Shown: in pieces, positions 19,081-31,248 of the stretch | Layout: the number at the start of each line of letters is the position of its first letter | Numbering within the stretch: position 1 is the first letter of the stretch | DNA from: Moorena sp. SIO1G6 | GTDB taxonomy: Bacteria > Cyanobacteriota > Cyanobacteriia > Cyanobacteriales > Coleofasciculaceae | Length of the DNA: 52,766 nt | Direction: 5' to 3' | Assembly (NCBI RefSeq): GCF_010672795.1 | Contig: NZ_JAAHFZ010000014.1 | Span: 1-52,766 of the forward strand | Notes under the pieces: generated by a model | What the model was told of the DNA's origin: nothing | What the model saw: only the letters and a program-made list of their open reading frames with translations | Database searches by the model: none | Program-made: the position numbers and the translations under genes

Positions 19081-21282
19081 ATGGCCTCAGGACACAATTT
19101 AATTCTGGATCTAACCACAGTTCTAGGGGCTTCTGCTCTGGGAGGCTACCTTGCCAATCGGCTACGTCAACCTGTACTTTTAGGCTATTTAGCCAGTGGT
19201 TTATTGGTTGGTCCGTTTGGTCTTAAACTCGTAGGCGAATTAGAACAAGTCAAATCCCTTGCTGAAATTGGGATTGTTTTTTTGTTATTCACCTATGGGG
19301 TAGAATTTTCTCTATCCCAGCTTAAACGATTTAAAGATATTGTCCTGAAAGGGAGTTTACTGCAAATTAGTCTCACTATTACCCTAGTTGCAGTTTTAGC
19401 CAATGGACTTGGTTGGGTTGACGGATTTACTCCGGGAATAATGCTCGGATTCATCATCTCCCTTTCCTCTACCTCAGTAGTTCTTAAAACCCTGATGGAG
19501 AGAGGAGAAACCAATACCCTTCATGGTCAAGTGATGCTGGCAATTTTGATTGCTCAAGACCTTAGTTTAGGTCTGATGTTAGCCGTCATACCCGCCCTTC
19601 AGCAGCCCTCAGATATTGGCTCAGCTTTAGTTGTTGCTTTACTCAAAGCGTTGGTGTTTCTAGCTGCTGCTCTAGCCGCCGGTCGCTGGATAGTTCCCCA
19701 TCTCATTAAATATATTGCCCGCACTGAAAACAGTGAGTTATTTCTCATCACAGTAATTGCCCTGTGTTTAGGGATTGCTTTGATTACTGCTGGACTTGGT
19801 CTATCCGTTGAAATGGGAGCATTTGTGGCAGGATTAATGATGGCTGAAATTGATTATGCTGACCAAGCAGTTGCCAAAATAATTCCCCTTAAAGACACGT
19901 TTGTATGTCTATTTTTTGCATCCATAGGAATGCTCATTGAGCCAGAAGTGCTGCTCGATAACTTCGGCATAATTATCGGTTTAGTGATGTTAGTAATGGG
20001 TGGAAAAGCAGCCATTATCCTACCGATTGTGCTGAAATTTGGCTATTCCTTTAAAACTGCTTTTATTGCTAGTTTTGGTCTCAATCAAATTGGAGAATTT
20101 TCCTTTGTATTAGCGGTGGTTGGCTTTGAGTTAGGATTTATCACTAGGGATCAGTATCTACTCCTGGTGGGAACCACAGCAATTACCCTAGTCCTGACAC
20201 CAATGTCGCTGAGATGGTCTCCCCGAATAGCAGACCACCTGGTAAATCTGCCGTTTCTGAAAAACTACCTGCGTCAGTTTCGGGGCACTAAAGCTTTGTC
20301 AATTCCAGAAACGATTTGTAATCATGTGGTAGTGGCTGGCTATGGACGAGTGGGGCGAGTACTGGTCAACATCCTGCGCAATCAAGGGCATGAGGTACTA
20401 GTGATTGAAAATAGCGAAGCTGCTATTCAACGATTAAGACATGAAAAAATTCCTTATATGTTTGGGGATGCTCACTCGGAACTGGTGTTAGAAAAAGCCC
20501 ATCTAGAAAAAGCTAAAGCCCTAGCCATTGCCCTACCCGATCCTGGCAGTACCCGCTTGTTGCTCAAACGTGCCCTCAAGTTTGCCCCAGGACTGGATAT
20601 TGTGGCTCGTTCTCACAAAAATAGCGAAATTGACCTACTCACCCAGTTAGGGGCGCGGGAAGTAGTGCAACCAGAATTTGAGGCAGCATTGGAAATGGGA
20701 GCCCATGTGCTAGTAGCACTGGGAGAATCCCAAGGTATGATTCAGTCTGTGATCAATCGGATTCACCAAGACCGCTATTTGAGTGTACGACCTGAACAAG
20801 CTACCTATTCAAAGCAGCAAGACATCACTGATGTTGCTGAAGAACTCCACAGTGAGTGGGTGACCTTGAGTCAAACTTCCCGTCTAGATTGGGTAACTCT
20901 GGCAGCAGCAGATATCCGTAACGTGACTGGGGTAACAGTTTTGACAATTCAACAAGGTAATGATATCGTCCACTACCCACAAGGTAAGATGACGTTGCGT
21001 TCAGGGGATCGATTGCTAGTTGTTGGGGAACCGGAAGAATTAGCAGCGTTTAGAGACTGGATCGAAAGTCGCAGTTTCCTTAGTGAGGGATCTAAGCATT
21101 GGGTAACTTTGGTAGAGAATTCAAGTTTGGTCGGTATGAAGCCAATTGATCTCCAGCATCAATACAATGTGATGGTTCAGGCGTTGCGTAGACAAGGGAA
21201 ACTATATAATCCGGTGGATGAAGCTGGAGTATTGCAGGTGGGGGATTGTGTGTTGTTGTCTGGGGAATGGGATGAGGACTGA
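19081..21282 (+). CDS. Monovalent cation:proton antiporter-2 (CPA2, KefB/KefC-like) with C-terminal TrkA-N (RCK/KTN) and TrkA-C domains
   Basis: 733 aa with an N-terminal polytopic Na+/H+-exchanger-like domain. The Rossmann motif VVVAGYGRVGRVL lies in the RCK domain, which is followed by a TrkA-C-like segment. Confidence 0.8.
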   Translation: MASGHNLILDLTTVLGASALGGYLANRLRQPVLLGYLASGLLVGPFGLKLVGELEQVKSLAEIGIVFLLFTYGVEFSLSQLKRFKDIVLKGSLLQISLTITLVAVLANGLGWVDGFTPGIMLGFIISLSSTSVVLKTLMERGETNTLHGQVMLAILIAQDLSLGLMLAVIPALQQPSDIGSALVVALLKALVFLAAALAAGRWIVPHLIKYIARTENSELFLITVIALCLGIALITAGLGLSVEMGAFVAGLMMAEIDYADQAVAKIIPLKDTFVCLFFASIGMLIEPEVLLDNFGIIIGLVMLVMGGKAAIILPIVLKFGYSFKTAFIASFGLNQIGEFSFVLAVVGFELGFITRDQYLLLVGTTAITLVLTPMSLRWSPRIADHLVNLPFLKNYLRQFRGTKALSIPETICNHVVVAGYGRVGRVLVNILRNQGHEVLVIENSEAAIQRLRHEKIPYMFGDAHSELVLEKAHLEKAKALAIALPDPGSTRLLLKRALKFAPGLDIVARSHKNSEIDLLTQLGAREVVQPEFEAALEMGAHVLVALGESQGMIQSVINRIHQDRYLSVRPEQATYSKQQDITDVAEELHSEWVTLSQTSRLDWVTLAAADIRNVTGVTVLTIQQGNDIVHYPQGKMTLRSGDRLLVVGEPEELAAFRDWIESRSFLSEGSKHWVTLVENSSLVGMKPIDLQHQYNVMVQALRRQGKLYNPVDEAGVLQVGDCVLLSGEWDED

Positions 21283-21298
21283 ATAATTTGGTTTCAAG

Positions 21299-21436
21299 AC
21301 TATGCGATTAGCCCGAAGGGCTACGCTACGCTCCGGAAGCGTTTCGGCAAAGCCGACGCTACGCGAACGCAAAGCGTGGCCTACGGCCTCAGCTTCCGCG
21401 CTTATGCGATTAGCCCGAAGGGCTACGCTACGCGAT
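21299..21436. repeat. Composite repeat: two copies of TATGCGATTAGCCCGAAGGGCTACGCTACGC flanking copies of the GCTACGCGAACG / GCGTGGCCTACGGCC dispersed repeat
   Basis: Seen directly. The ORFs 21202-21480(-) and 21302-21523(+) are artefacts of this repeat. Confidence 0.75.
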
Positions 21437-22040
21437 CGCATCCTTAGAGCTCCGAATCCCCCGATTTCAGATAAATCCATACAGCAAGCAAATTTTTGTC
21501 AAACTAATTCTCAAACTAACTAGACACCCTTAGCAAAATACTATATACTATATAATAGTGGCATTATGACAGTTGCTTTTTCAGCAACTGGTTAGCTCCT
21601 TGTGCTGTGGGCTAAGAATTAGGTTCGAGGCAAGACAATATACACAGCATATCAGGTGTTTTTTTTGGCATCAGGGCTAAAGTAGGTCAAAGACAGTTAG
21701 GTTTAAACAACTCCAATCGGTTCTTGGGTCTACTTTGGGTCAATAAGTGCTTACACTTTCGTGGATCAAGGGATACTGAGTTATTAACAACTTAAGTCCC
21801 AGCGAAGTCAGGCGAGTTTAATAGCCTTTTCTGACCAGTAAACGCAATTGAACGAGAATCTAGCTCGACCATCATGCCGAGCTGGATAAAAGTGGGCTCT
21901 CTGCTTATTTTTTGAGGAGAGGTTTATCCACTATAAATACTGACCAGGTTTATAATGACCTGGTTTGTGGCACAAAGGGAATTCAGGTTCTTGAATATCC
22001 CTGCTGCCAGACTGCTGCAATGTCTACAAAGGAGAAACCA

Positions 22041-22676
22041 GTGTCTGTCGGTATCCTCGGTACCAAACTCGGTATGACCCAAGTGTTCGATGATGAAGGA
22101 AGAGCGATTCCTGTAACCGTCGTCAAAGCTGGGCCATGCACTGTGACCCAAATAAAAACTAACCAGACAGATGGCTACAATGCCATTCAAATTGGTTATG
22201 ACCAAGTTAAGCCTAAGGCAATTAATAAGCCTGAAATTGGACACTTGGCTAAGTCCAGCGCCCCACCCTTACGCCACCTACGTGAGTACCGCGTGGATGA
22301 TACCAGTAATTTTGAACTGGGTCAGCCAGTCAATACCGATATGTTCAGTATTGGTCAAATTGTCGATGTCAGCGGTAAAAGCATTGGTCGTGGCTTCGCG
22401 GGTTATCAGAAACGTCACAACTTCAGGCGAGGACCGATGGCTCATGGTTCCAAAAACCACCGCCTTCCAGGTTCCACTGGAGCAGGGACAACCCCTGGTC
22501 GTACCTATCCAGGTAAGAAAATGGCTGGTCGTTACGGCGGTACCAAGGTGACAATTCGCAAACTTGAAGTAGTCAAGATAGATCAAGAGCGCAATTTGCT
22601 AGCGATTAAAGGTGCAGTTCCCGGTAAACCAGGGACACTCTTGAGCATTGCACCCACTAATAAAGTCGGACGTTAG
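22041..22676 (+). CDS. rplC: 50S ribosomal protein L3
   Basis: [28 protein letters not shown]...; GTG start 9 nt after AAGGAGA. A cyanobacterial L3 begins MSVGILGTK. Confidence 0.9.
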   Translation: MSVGILGTKLGMTQVFDDEGRAIPVTVVKAGPCTVTQIKTNQTDGYNAIQIGYDQVKPKAINKPEIGHLAKSSAPPLRHLREYRVDDTSNFELGQPVNTDMFSIGQIVDVSGKSIGRGFAGYQKRHNFRRGPMAHGSKNHRLPGSTGAGTTPGRTYPGKKMAGRYGGTKVTIRKLEVVKIDQERNLLAIKGAVPGKPGTLLSIAPTNKVGR

Positions 22677-22823
22677 TCAGAACGAAAAAGCAATTAGCTC
22701 CCTCATCGTTAGGTGTAAGCCTGATGTATATGTAACTGTTTATTTTTACTACTAGCACCCCCTAAGTGCTTAAAAGCTAACAGCTAATTGCTAAACGCTT
22801 GCTCGCTAAGAAGGAGAGAACAA

Positions 22824-23456
22824 ATGGTAGATTGTTCAGTGCGAAACTGGCAAGGGGAAGAAGTAGGGCAGGCAACACTCGAGATGCGAGTTGCCAAAGA
22901 AGAAAACGCTGCCCACATTGTTCACCGGTCACTGGTGAGACAAATGGCCAATGCTCGTCAAGGCAATGCTTGTACAAAAACTCGTTCCGAAGTTAGAGGT
23001 GGAGGACGCAAACCTTGGCGACAAAAGGGAACCGGTCGTGCTCGTGCTGGTTCGAATCGTTCACCCCTATGGCGTGGTGGTGGTGTAATCTTTGGTCCGA
23101 AACCCAGAGACTATAGCCAGAAAATGAACCGCAAAGAGCGTCGCTTGGCTCTAAGAACAGCGTTTATGAGTCGAGCAGAGGATTTGATTGTGGTAGAGGA
23201 ATTTGTTGAACAACTACCACGACCCAAGACCAAGGATGTGGTGGCAGCAATTGATCGGTGGGGAATTGAGCCTGAGTCAAAAGTTCTCATAATCCTAGCT
23301 CAGCCAGAAGAAAAGGTTTATTTGTCAGTCCGTAACCTAGCAACTGTCAAGTTGATTTATGCCACCAACTTGAATACCTATGATATCCTGGCCGCTGATA
23401 AAATCGTGACCACTAACACGGCTCTTGCCAAAATTCAGGAGGTTTACAATGACTGA
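22824..23456 (+). CDS. rplD: 50S ribosomal protein L4
   Basis: ...[39 protein letters not shown]... is the L4 signature. The ATG follows an AAGGAGA RBS. Confidence 0.9.
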   Translation: MVDCSVRNWQGEEVGQATLEMRVAKEENAAHIVHRSLVRQMANARQGNACTKTRSEVRGGGRKPWRQKGTGRARAGSNRSPLWRGGGVIFGPKPRDYSQKMNRKERRLALRTAFMSRAEDLIVVEEFVEQLPRPKTKDVVAAIDRWGIEPESKVLIILAQPEEKVYLSVRNLATVKLIYATNLNTYDILAADKIVTTNTALAKIQEVYND

Positions 23457-23751
23457 GTATAACCCCCGTGACCTTGCTGATTTGGTGATTCGGCCAATTG
23501 TGACTGAAAAGGCGACCCTACTGATGGAGCAGAACAAGTATGTATTTGATGTGATTATCAAAGCGACAAAGCCACAAATTAGAGCCGCGATTGAAAGTCT
23601 TTTTGAAGTAAAAGTGGTGGCAGTAAATACCCTACGTCCGCCACGGAAAAAGCGTCGAGTGGGAAAATTTGTAGGTTACAAAACCCAGTACAAACGGGCG
23701 ATTGTTACCCTAGCTCCAGGAGATTCGATTACTCTATTCCCAGACGTATAA
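23449..23751 (+). CDS. rplW: 50S ribosomal protein L23
   Basis: [23 protein letters not shown]...; RBS AGGAGG. Confidence 0.9.
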   Translation: MTEYNPRDLADLVIRPIVTEKATLLMEQNKYVFDVIIKATKPQIRAAIESLFEVKVVAVNTLRPPRKKRRVGKFVGYKTQYKRAIVTLAPGDSITLFPDV

Positions 23752-23756
23752 AACTG

Positions 23757-23866
23757 GCTAATTGCTAATTGCTAATTCTTAATTTGGTTAATTGCCAATT
23801 GGTAGATTGTCAATTGTTAAGACAAACTAGTCAAGACAAACTAGTCAAGACAAACTAAGTAAAAAA
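23757..23866. repeat. STRR-like tandem repeats in the rplW-rplB spacer (CTAATTG variants; GACAAACTAGTCAA x3)
   Basis: Seen directly. Confidence 0.7.
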
Positions 23867-23874
23867 TACTTGTT

Positions 23875-24738
23875 ATGGGCATCCGTAGCTATCGACCATA
23901 CACCCCAGGCACTCGTCAGGGTACTGTCTCAGACTTCGCTGAGATTACTCGGACTGAGCCAGAAAAATCCCTAACCAAGTCTAAGCATCGTAAAAAAGGT
24001 CGCAATAATCGCGGTGTTATTACCTGTCGCCATCGCGGTGGCGGACATAAACGTCTATACAGGGTAATTGACTTCCGCCGGGATAAGCACAATATTCCGG
24101 CAAAAGTGGCAGCAATTGAGTATGACCCCAATCGGAATGCTAGGATTGCGCTGCTCTACTATCAAGATGGTGAAAAGCGATATATCCTGCATCCTGTGGG
24201 TTTGGAAGTGGGGTCCTCCATTATATCTGGGCCTGACTCTCCCATCGAAATAGGCAATGCCTTACCCCTAAAGGATATTCCCTTAGGTACCAACGTGCAT
24301 AACGTTGAACTGATCCCAGGGCGAGGAGCACAGATTGTCCGTGCTGCCGGAGCAACTGCTCAAGTGCAAGCTAAAGAAGGTGACTATGTCACCCTAAAGC
24401 TGCCTTCTAGTGAAGTCAGGATGTTGCGTAAAGAATGCTACGCCACTATTGGACAGGTCGGTAATGTTGAAGCCAGAAACTTGAGTTTAGGTAAAGCTGG
24501 TCGCAATCGACATAGAGGCCGTCGTCCCCAAGTAAGGGGCAGTGTAATGAACCCGGTAGATCACCCCCATGGCGGTGGTGAGGGTAGAGCTCCTATTGGT
24601 AGAAGTGGTCCAGTGACCCCCTGGGGGAAACCAGCCTTGGGAGCCAAAACTCGTAAGGTCAAAAAGCAAAGTAGTTCTTTAATTGTCCGGCGTAGGCGGA
24701 AATCCTCTAAGCGAGGGCGCGGCGGTCGCGATTCTTAA
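23875..24738 (+). CDS. rplB: 50S ribosomal protein L2
   Basis: ...[16 protein letters not shown]..., ...[14 protein letters not shown]... Confidence 0.95.
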   Translation: MGIRSYRPYTPGTRQGTVSDFAEITRTEPEKSLTKSKHRKKGRNNRGVITCRHRGGGHKRLYRVIDFRRDKHNIPAKVAAIEYDPNRNARIALLYYQDGEKRYILHPVGLEVGSSIISGPDSPIEIGNALPLKDIPLGTNVHNVELIPGRGAQIVRAAGATAQVQAKEGDYVTLKLPSSEVRMLRKECYATIGQVGNVEARNLSLGKAGRNRHRGRRPQVRGSVMNPVDHPHGGGEGRAPIGRSGPVTPWGKPALGAKTRKVKKQSSSLIVRRRRKSSKRGRGGRDS

Positions 24739-24749
24739 GGAGTTGAACG

Positions 24750-24838
24750 TTAAAGTTAGCAGGTTAAAGGTTGTAACTAGCAATTACTAACTACCAACTA
24801 GCAACTATTAACTACCAACTAACAACTAAAAACTAACG
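24750..24838. repeat. Heptamer-type tandem repeats (AACTACC/AACTAGC/AACTAAC) in the rplB-rpsS spacer
   Basis: aactaccaactagcaactattaactaccaactaacaactaaaaactaac. Confidence 0.7.
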
Positions 24839-24849
24839 AGCGTTGAATT

Positions 24850-25125
24850 ATGGGTCGTTCATTAAAAAAAGGTCCTTTTATAGCCGATAGTCTTCTGACT
24901 AAGATTGAAACCTTGAATGCTAAAGGCGAAAAACAGGTGATTAAAACCTGGTCAAGAGCCTCGACCATTGTGCCGCAGATGGTTGGTCACACCATTGCCG
25001 TTCATAACGGGCGGACACATGTACCAGTTTTTATCAATGAGCAGATGGTAGGTCATAAGCTGGGCGAATTTGCCCCGACTCGAACATTTCGGGGACATGT
25101 TAAGGATGGTAAGGCCCGTCGTTAA
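24850..25125 (+). CDS. rpsS: 30S ribosomal protein S19
   Basis: [10 protein letters not shown]...[23 protein letters not shown]... Confidence 0.95.
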   Translation: MGRSLKKGPFIADSLLTKIETLNAKGEKQVIKTWSRASTIVPQMVGHTIAVHNGRTHVPVFINEQMVGHKLGEFAPTRTFRGHVKDGKARR

Positions 25126-25175
25126 AGTGATTAGTTCAGTAGTTAGTAGCTATAAAGAAAGCAAATGATGGAACG

Positions 25176-25535
25176 ATGGCGATAGACACTACAGCAGAAA
25201 CTAAAGCGATCGCACGCTACATTCGGATGTCTCCAAGTAAAGTGAGGCGAGTACTTGACCAAATTCGGGGGCGTTCCTATCGGGAAGCTCTGATCATTCT
25301 GGAATTCATGCCCTACCGGGCTTGTCAACCAGTCTTGAAAGTACTACGATCCGCTGTTGCCAATGCTGAACACAATGCAGGGATTGACCCAGCTAGCTTA
25401 TACATCACTAAAGCTGTTGCGGATATGGGACCAAGCTTGAAGCGTTATCGACCAAGAGCTCAAGGTCGTGCTTATCAGATTCGCAAGCCAACCTGTCATA
25501 TCACGGTGGCTGTATCTCCAGAAGTAGATGATTAG
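25176..25535 (+). CDS. rplV: 50S ribosomal protein L22
   Basis: ...[29 protein letters not shown]... Confidence 0.9.
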   Translation: MAIDTTAETKAIARYIRMSPSKVRRVLDQIRGRSYREALIILEFMPYRACQPVLKVLRSAVANAEHNAGIDPASLYITKAVADMGPSLKRYRPRAQGRAYQIRKPTCHITVAVSPEVDD

Positions 25536-25611
25536 TTAGTGAGTTGATTGAGCATTACCAAGGGTGAACACTAATAGCGCTATGGCTAGATAATAGGGAA
25601 AGAAAAGAACA

Positions 25612-26337
25612 GTGGGACAGAAAATACATCCAATTGGTTTTCGGCTAGGTATCACGCAAGAGCATCGCTCTCGCTGGTTTGCCGACTCAAAGCGTTATCC
25701 GCTTCTGTTGCAGGAAGATTACCAAATCAGACAATATGTTGACAAAAACCTCAATAATGCTGGAATTTCCGACATCCGGATTGAGCGCAAAGCTGACCAG
25801 ATTGATTTAGAAATTCATACAGCTCGACCTGGAGTAGTTGTTGGTCGTGGTGGCAGTGGTATTGAGTCTTTGCGTGTCGGTCTGCAAAAATCCCTGGGCA
25901 ACAATCGTCAGATTCGTATCAATGTGGTGGAAGTATCACGCGTGGATGCAGATGCTACCCTAATTGCCGAGTACATTGCTCAACAGCTAGAGCGCAGAGT
26001 TTCCTTCAGACGAGTGGTTCGTCAAGCAATTCAGCGGGCTCAGCGGGCTGATGTCCAAGGCATTAAAGTTCAGGTAGGTGGTCGGTTAAATGGAGCTGAA
26101 ATTGCCCGAACCGAGTGGACTCGTGAAGGACGAGTGCCCCTCCATACCCTCCGGGCAAATATTGACTATGCCTACAAAACAGCCCAAACCATTTATGGAA
26201 TTTTGGGCATTAAAGTTTGGGTGTTCAAAGGGGAAGTGATTCCCGGTCAAGAAGAAAAGCCTACCCCTAACACAGCTCAACCTCGTCGCCGTCAGCCAAA
26301 ACGCCGCCAGCAGTTTGAAGACCGCTCAAATGACTAG
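25612..26337 (+). CDS. rpsC: 30S ribosomal protein S3
   Basis: [24 protein letters not shown]... Confidence 0.95.
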   Translation: MGQKIHPIGFRLGITQEHRSRWFADSKRYPLLLQEDYQIRQYVDKNLNNAGISDIRIERKADQIDLEIHTARPGVVVGRGGSGIESLRVGLQKSLGNNRQIRINVVEVSRVDADATLIAEYIAQQLERRVSFRRVVRQAIQRAQRADVQGIKVQVGGRLNGAEIARTEWTREGRVPLHTLRANIDYAYKTAQTIYGILGIKVWVFKGEVIPGQEEKPTPNTAQPRRRQPKRRQQFEDRSND

Positions 26338-26422
26338 TAATGACTCACTAGTATTTTGAAAATTGCTTGCTTGTTAATTGTCAGTTTTCAACTTTCGATT
26401 TTCAATTAACAAAGAACAAATT

Positions 26423-26842
26423 ATGTTAAGTCCAAAAAGAACAAAATATCGCAAACAGCACCGGGGACGAATGAAGGGTATGGCCACTCGTGGCAGTACC
26501 ATTAACTTTGGTGATTATGCCCTGCAAGCCACAGAACCAGCTTGGATTACCTCCCGCCAAATCGAAGCAGGTCGTCGGGCAATGACCCGCTACGTTCGTC
26601 GTGGTGGCAAAATCTGGATTAGAATTTTCCCAGATAAACCAGTCACCATGCGTCCAGCAGAAACTCGTATGGGTTCTGGAAAAGGTTCCCCAGAGTTTTG
26701 GGTAGCAGTAGTTAAACCAGGTCGGATTATCTATGAAATCGCTGGGGTAAGCGAAGAGGTGGCTCGGGAAGCCATGCGTCTGGCTGCGAACAAATTTCCC
26801 ATTAAATTGAAGTTCATTTCTCGTGAAGGGGAACAGGTATAA
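26423..26842 (+). CDS. rplP: 50S ribosomal protein L16
   Basis: [24 protein letters not shown]... Confidence 0.95.
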   Translation: MLSPKRTKYRKQHRGRMKGMATRGSTINFGDYALQATEPAWITSRQIEAGRRAMTRYVRRGGKIWIRIFPDKPVTMRPAETRMGSGKGSPEFWVAVVKPGRIIYEIAGVSEEVAREAMRLAANKFPIKLKFISREGEQV

Positions 26843-26845
26843 GCT

Positions 26846-27130
26846 ATGGCTCTGCCCAAGATAGAAGATGCTAGAAGCCTGAGCGATGCCGAACTAGAGC
26901 AGGAAATCTTAGCAGCTAAGCGTCAGTTGTTTGACTTGCGCCTGCAAAAGGCAACCAAACGCTTAGAAAAACCTCACCAGTTTAAGCATCTTAAGCACCG
27001 AATCGCTCAGCTAATGACAGTAGAACGAGAACGCCAACTCGCTAAACAGAAAGAATCAACCGATACCTCACAAAGTGATACCCCACAATCAGAACAAAGT
27101 GATACCCCACAATCAGAATCAGAAGCATAA
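26846..27130 (+). CDS. rpmC: 50S ribosomal protein L29 with a repeat-derived acidic C-terminal extension
   Basis: The L29 core is [25 protein letters not shown]. The tail [20 protein letters not shown] comes from a 24-bp tandem duplication at 27068-27115. Confidence 0.85.
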   Translation: MALPKIEDARSLSDAELEQEILAAKRQLFDLRLQKATKRLEKPHQFKHLKHRIAQLMTVERERQLAKQKESTDTSQSDTPQSEQSDTPQSESEA

Positions 27131-27138
27131 GGAATAGT

Positions 27139-27387
27139 ATGGCAGCAAAAGAGAGAGTTGGCCTGGTGGTCAGCGACAAAATGAACAAAACTGTGGTGGT
27201 GGCTATTGAAAATAGGTCTCCCCACCCAAAGTACGGCAAAATTGTTGTGCGTACCAAGCGATACAAAGCTCATGATGAGGAAAATAAATGTAAAGAAGGC
27301 GATCGCGTTCGGATTAGAGAAACACGACCACTGAGTCGTACCAAACGCTGGATGGTTGCTGAAATCGTCAGTAGTTCCTCAAAATAG
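27139..27387 (+). CDS. rpsQ: 30S ribosomal protein S17
   Basis: ...[41 protein letters not shown]... Confidence 0.9.
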   Translation: MAAKERVGLVVSDKMNKTVVVAIENRSPHPKYGKIVVRTKRYKAHDEENKCKEGDRVRIRETRPLSRTKRWMVAEIVSSSSK

Positions 27388-27539
27388 CGAGTTAACCCTA
27401 GTCGATGTGGGTTATCCACGACCTACAAATGTGCGTGAGATCTAGGAAGAAAATCCTTTCGGAATTGGAAACAAACCCAAGGTTTAAGTCATAACTCGTT
27501 TAATTCATAACTGATTACTCTATTAGAGGAGGAACACTG

Positions 27540-27908
27540 ATGATTCAACAAGAGAGCTACCTAAACGTTGCTGACAACAGTGGAGCCAGAAAAATAATGT
27601 GCATCCGCGTTATTGGTGCAGGAAATCGGCGCTACGGCGGTGTTGGTGATGTAATTATTGGTGTGGTCAAGGATGCCATTCCAAATATGGGGGTCAAAAA
27701 GTCAGATGTAGTTAGGGCTGTGATTGTGCGCACCCGCAAGGGGCTACGTCGGGAAAGCGGTATGAGTATTCGCTTTGATGACAACGCAGCAGTAATCATA
27801 AACCCAGATGGCAATCCCAGAGGTACCCGCGTTTTTGGCCCTGTAGCGCGGGAACTGCGAGAGAAAAACTTCACAAAAATTATATCCCTTGCTCCGGAGG
27901 TACTCTGA
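27540..27908 (+). CDS. rplN: 50S ribosomal protein L14
   Basis: [24 protein letters not shown]... Confidence 0.95.
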   Translation: MIQQESYLNVADNSGARKIMCIRVIGAGNRRYGGVGDVIIGVVKDAIPNMGVKKSDVVRAVIVRTRKGLRRESGMSIRFDDNAAVIINPDGNPRGTRVFGPVARELREKNFTKIISLAPEVL

Positions 27909-28270
27909 TGCCAATTAAACACCAGAAGGCACAAACTGATACCCCATTACGCTACAAAATGCACGTTAAAAAGGGCGACACGGTACAAGTGATTGCCGGT
28001 CGAGATAAAGGCAAAATTGGAGAAATTTTGCGGACGCTACCCAAAATTAGCAAGGTAGTAGTCAAAGGAGTTAACGTCAAAACTAAGCATGTCAAGCCTC
28101 AACAAGAAGGTGAGAAAGGTCAAATTGCTACGTTTGAAGCTCCAATCCATAGCTCCAACGTTATGCTTTACTCGAATAAAGAAAAAATTGCTAGCCGCAT
28201 CTGCTATACCTTTACCGACGATGGTCGGAAGGTGCGGATGCTCAAAAAAACTGGTGAGATTATTGACTAA
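27908..28270 (+). CDS. rplX: 50S ribosomal protein L24
   Basis: ...[25 protein letters not shown]... Its ATG overlaps the rplN TGA. Confidence 0.9.
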   Translation: MPIKHQKAQTDTPLRYKMHVKKGDTVQVIAGRDKGKIGEILRTLPKISKVVVKGVNVKTKHVKPQQEGEKGQIATFEAPIHSSNVMLYSNKEKIASRICYTFTDDGRKVRMLKKTGEIID

Positions 28271-28366
28271 TTATTCAGTTACTAATGGCTAATGGTCAAT
28301 GACCAATGACTAATAACTAATGACAATTGCCCTGACCAAGCCCAGGGAAATCAAAGGAAAAAAACT

Positions 28367-28912
28367 ATGACAAAAGGGTTAAAAATCCTATACCAGGAAA
28401 CAATAGTCCCCAAATTAAAAGAGCAATTCGGTTACAAAAACATTCATCAAGTACCGAAATTAGTCAAAGTTAGTCTTAACCGAGGATTAGGAGAGGCATC
28501 TCAAAATGCCAAGGCTCTGGAATCATCGGTAAACGAAATTGCCATAATCACCGGTCAAAAACCGGTGGTCACACGAGCAAAACAAGCGATCGCGGGTTTT
28601 AAAATCCGTGCCGGGATGCCTGTTGGTGTCACGGTTACCCTCCGTTCAGAGCGTATGTACTCCTTTCTAGAGCGGCTAATTAACTTAGCCCTACCAAGAA
28701 TTCGGGACTTTCGGGGTCTTAGCCCTAGAAGCTTTGACGGTCGTGGTAACTACACTCTTGGGGTGCGAGAGCAACTCATTTTTCCAGAAGTAGACTACGA
28801 CAGTATCGATCAGATTCGTGGTATGGATATTACCATAGTCACCACTGCCAACACTGACGAAGAAGGTCGCGCCTTACTCAAAGAGATGGGAATGCCTTTC
28901 CGGGATAAATAA
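28367..28912 (+). CDS. rplE: 50S ribosomal protein L5
   Basis: ...[25 protein letters not shown]...[10 protein letters not shown]... Confidence 0.95.
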   Translation: MTKGLKILYQETIVPKLKEQFGYKNIHQVPKLVKVSLNRGLGEASQNAKALESSVNEIAIITGQKPVVTRAKQAIAGFKIRAGMPVGVTVTLRSERMYSFLERLINLALPRIRDFRGLSPRSFDGRGNYTLGVREQLIFPEVDYDSIDQIRGMDITIVTTANTDEEGRALLKEMGMPFRDK

Positions 28913-28935
28913 GCCTGTAATCATAGGAAGGAACA

Positions 28936-29337
28936 ATGCCGGCAAACGACACAATTGCAGATATGCTGACCCGCATTAGAAATGCCTGCTTGGTTCGGCA
29001 TCAAACAACAAATGTACAATCAACTAAAATGACCCGGGCGATTGCCCAAGTACTCAAAGAAGAAGGCTTTATTACTGATTTTGAGGAAACAGGCGAAGGG
29101 GTCAAAAAATACTTAGTTGTTTCCCTAAAATACAAGGGCAACAATCGCAAACCAATTATCAGAGCCCTGAAGCGGGTGAGTAAACCTGGATTGCGAGTTT
29201 ACTCCAACCGTAAAGAACTGCCAAGAGTCTTGGGAGGGATTGGGATTGCTATTATCTCTACTTCTAATGGCATCATGACCGACAGGGAAGCAAGGCGTCG
29301 GGGAATTGGTGGTGAAGTTCTGTGTTACGTATGGTAA
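28936..29337 (+). CDS. rpsH: 30S ribosomal protein S8
   Basis: [17 protein letters not shown]... Confidence 0.95.
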   Translation: MPANDTIADMLTRIRNACLVRHQTTNVQSTKMTRAIAQVLKEEGFITDFEETGEGVKKYLVVSLKYKGNNRKPIIRALKRVSKPGLRVYSNRKELPRVLGGIGIAIISTSNGIMTDREARRRGIGGEVLCYVW

Positions 29338-29578
29338 AGGATGAAGCATGAAGGATGAAGGATCTACTAAGAGCCGTCAGCTGACTCGCTACTTAAAAAT
29401 CTAGGCTTGCCAGCTATCAGCTGGAAGCCCCTGTAGATTAGAGCATCAGTTCGAGCAATAATCAGCTCAGTATATGCCAAACGGTCCTTGGGCCAACCTA
29501 GGATTGATCGGATTAGCTGATTAACCAATTCATGACATACTTCATACTTCATACTTCATACTTTATATTTCATACTTC
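29337..29578. repeat. STRR-like heptamer repeats within the rpsH-rplF spacer (GAAGGAT/GAAGCAT x5; CATACTT x6)
   Basis: aaggatgaagcatgaaggatgaaggatc at 29337-29364; catacttcatacttcatacttcatactttatatttcatacttc at 29536-29578. The same GAAGGAT repeat recurs at 1566 and 39696. Confidence 0.8.
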
Positions 29579-29599
29579 TTTAGTTAGGAGGATAATTTT

Positions 29600-30139
29600 A
29601 TGTCACGTATTGGCAAGCGCCCTATACCAATTCCCAGTAAAGTTACTGTAACAATAGACGGTCAACAGGTGAAGGTCAAAGGTTCCAAAGGTGAACTGGA
29701 TTGGGTTTTGCCAGATACAATTAAAGCTGAGCAAGTTGGTGAAACTGTACAGGTTTCCCGGCGCGAAGAAACCCGAACCGCCCGTGAAAGTCATGGTTTG
29801 TCTCGCACTTTGGTTGCCAACATGATTGAGGGAGTCTCCAAAGGGTTTGAAAAACGTTTGGACATTCAGGGAGTCGGTTATCGAGCTCAAGTGCAGGGTC
29901 GTAATCTGATTTTAAACGTTGGTTACAGCAAGCCAGTGGAGATCGTTCCTCCTGAGGGGATTGAAGTCAAAGTTGAAAACAACACCAACGTGATTGTCAG
30001 TGGCATCAACAAAGAAGTTGTAGGCAACACAGCTGCAAAAATTCGTGCAGTTCGACCCCCAGAAGTCTATAAAGGTAAAGGCATTCGATATGCCGGTGAA
30101 ATAGTCAGACGTAAAGCTGGTAAAGCAGGTAAGAAGTAA
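29600..30139 (+). CDS. rplF: 50S ribosomal protein L6
   Basis: [33 protein letters not shown]... Confidence 0.95.
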   Translation: MSRIGKRPIPIPSKVTVTIDGQQVKVKGSKGELDWVLPDTIKAEQVGETVQVSRREETRTARESHGLSRTLVANMIEGVSKGFEKRLDIQGVGYRAQVQGRNLILNVGYSKPVEIVPPEGIEVKVENNTNVIVSGINKEVVGNTAAKIRAVRPPEVYKGKGIRYAGEIVRRKAGKAGKK

Positions 30140-30142
30140 ACT

Positions 30143-30505
30143 ATGAAACTTACTCGAAAAGAATCTATACGACACAGACATAGGCGGGTACGCCGGAAAG
30201 TCAGTGGTACTGCTGAACGCCCAAGATTAGCTGTATTTCGCTCTAATGAGCACATTTATGTGCAAGTTATCGATGACAATCAGCAACATACCATAGTGGC
30301 AGCTTCAACGTTAGAACCAGCTCTGAGATCTGAACTCAAATCTGGAGCCACTTGTGAAGCCTCAGCTAAAGTGGGTCAGTTGGTGGCCCAGCGAGCACTA
30401 GAAAAAGGTCTCAAGAAAGTGGTCTTTGACCGTGGGGGCTACCTATATCATGGTCGTGTCAAAGCTTTAGCAGAAGCTGCTCGTGAAGCAGGGCTAGATT
30501 TTTAG
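30143..30505 (+). CDS. rplR: 50S ribosomal protein L18
   Basis: ...[20 protein letters not shown]... Confidence 0.9.
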   Translation: MKLTRKESIRHRHRRVRRKVSGTAERPRLAVFRSNEHIYVQVIDDNQQHTIVAASTLEPALRSELKSGATCEASAKVGQLVAQRALEKGLKKVVFDRGGYLYHGRVKALAEAAREAGLDF

Positions 30506-30619
30506 TAAATGCTAATTGACAATTAACAACTGAAAATTGAAATTAACAGTTAAAAATTAGCAACTATAAATTAGCTAATCTTTGAATACTTACTATCATG
30601 ATTTAATTTCTAGCGAACT

Positions 30620-31141
30620 ATGGCAAATCGTAGAAAAAACAACCGCTCTAAAGAAAAAGAAAGTAATTGGCAAGAGCGGGTTATCCAAATCCGCCGCGTT
30701 AGTAAGGTGGTCAAAGGGGGCAAAAAGTTGAGCTTCCGGGCCATCGTAGTTGTAGGTAATGAAAAAGGTCAAGTGGGGGTTGGTGTAGGCAAAGCCAGTG
30801 ATGTAATTGGTGCTGTCCGTAAAGGAGTTGCTGATGCCAAAAAGCAACTCATTGATGTACCCTTAACCAAAACTAATTCCATTCCTCACCCATCTAGAGG
30901 TAGGGCGGTGGGAGCCAAAGTAATCATGCGACCTGCTGCTCCCGGAACTGGGGTAATTGCTGGGGGTGCTGTGCGCACAGTACTTGAGTTAGCTGGAGTT
31001 AAAAATGTCTTAGCTAAACAGCTTGGTTCCAATAACCCCCTCAATAATGCTAGAGCAGCAATCAACTCTCTTGATTCCCTACGCACATTTTCAGAGGTGG
31101 CTCAAGAACGAGACATTCCCCTTGAACAAATCTATGCATAA
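30620..31141 (+). CDS. rpsE: 30S ribosomal protein S5
   Basis: ...[29 protein letters not shown]... Confidence 0.95.
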   Translation: MANRRKNNRSKEKESNWQERVIQIRRVSKVVKGGKKLSFRAIVVVGNEKGQVGVGVGKASDVIGAVRKGVADAKKQLIDVPLTKTNSIPHPSRGRAVGAKVIMRPAAPGTGVIAGGAVRTVLELAGVKNVLAKQLGSNNPLNNARAAINSLDSLRTFSEVAQERDIPLEQIYA

Positions 31142-31248
31142 ATTAAAAACCAGGTAGCTAGAAATAAAAGTAATATGCTCAAGGTTGACGGTTTAGCGTC
31201 AGCCGTCAATCTTAAAAAAAACATTTTCACCCTTACAAAAAACGATCG

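Noticed and set aside
21202-21523. ORFs 21202-21480(-) and 21302-21523(+)
   Set aside because: Both lie entirely within the composite GCTACGCG repeat block, and the translations are low-complexity (RANRISAEAEAV...). They are repeat artefacts.
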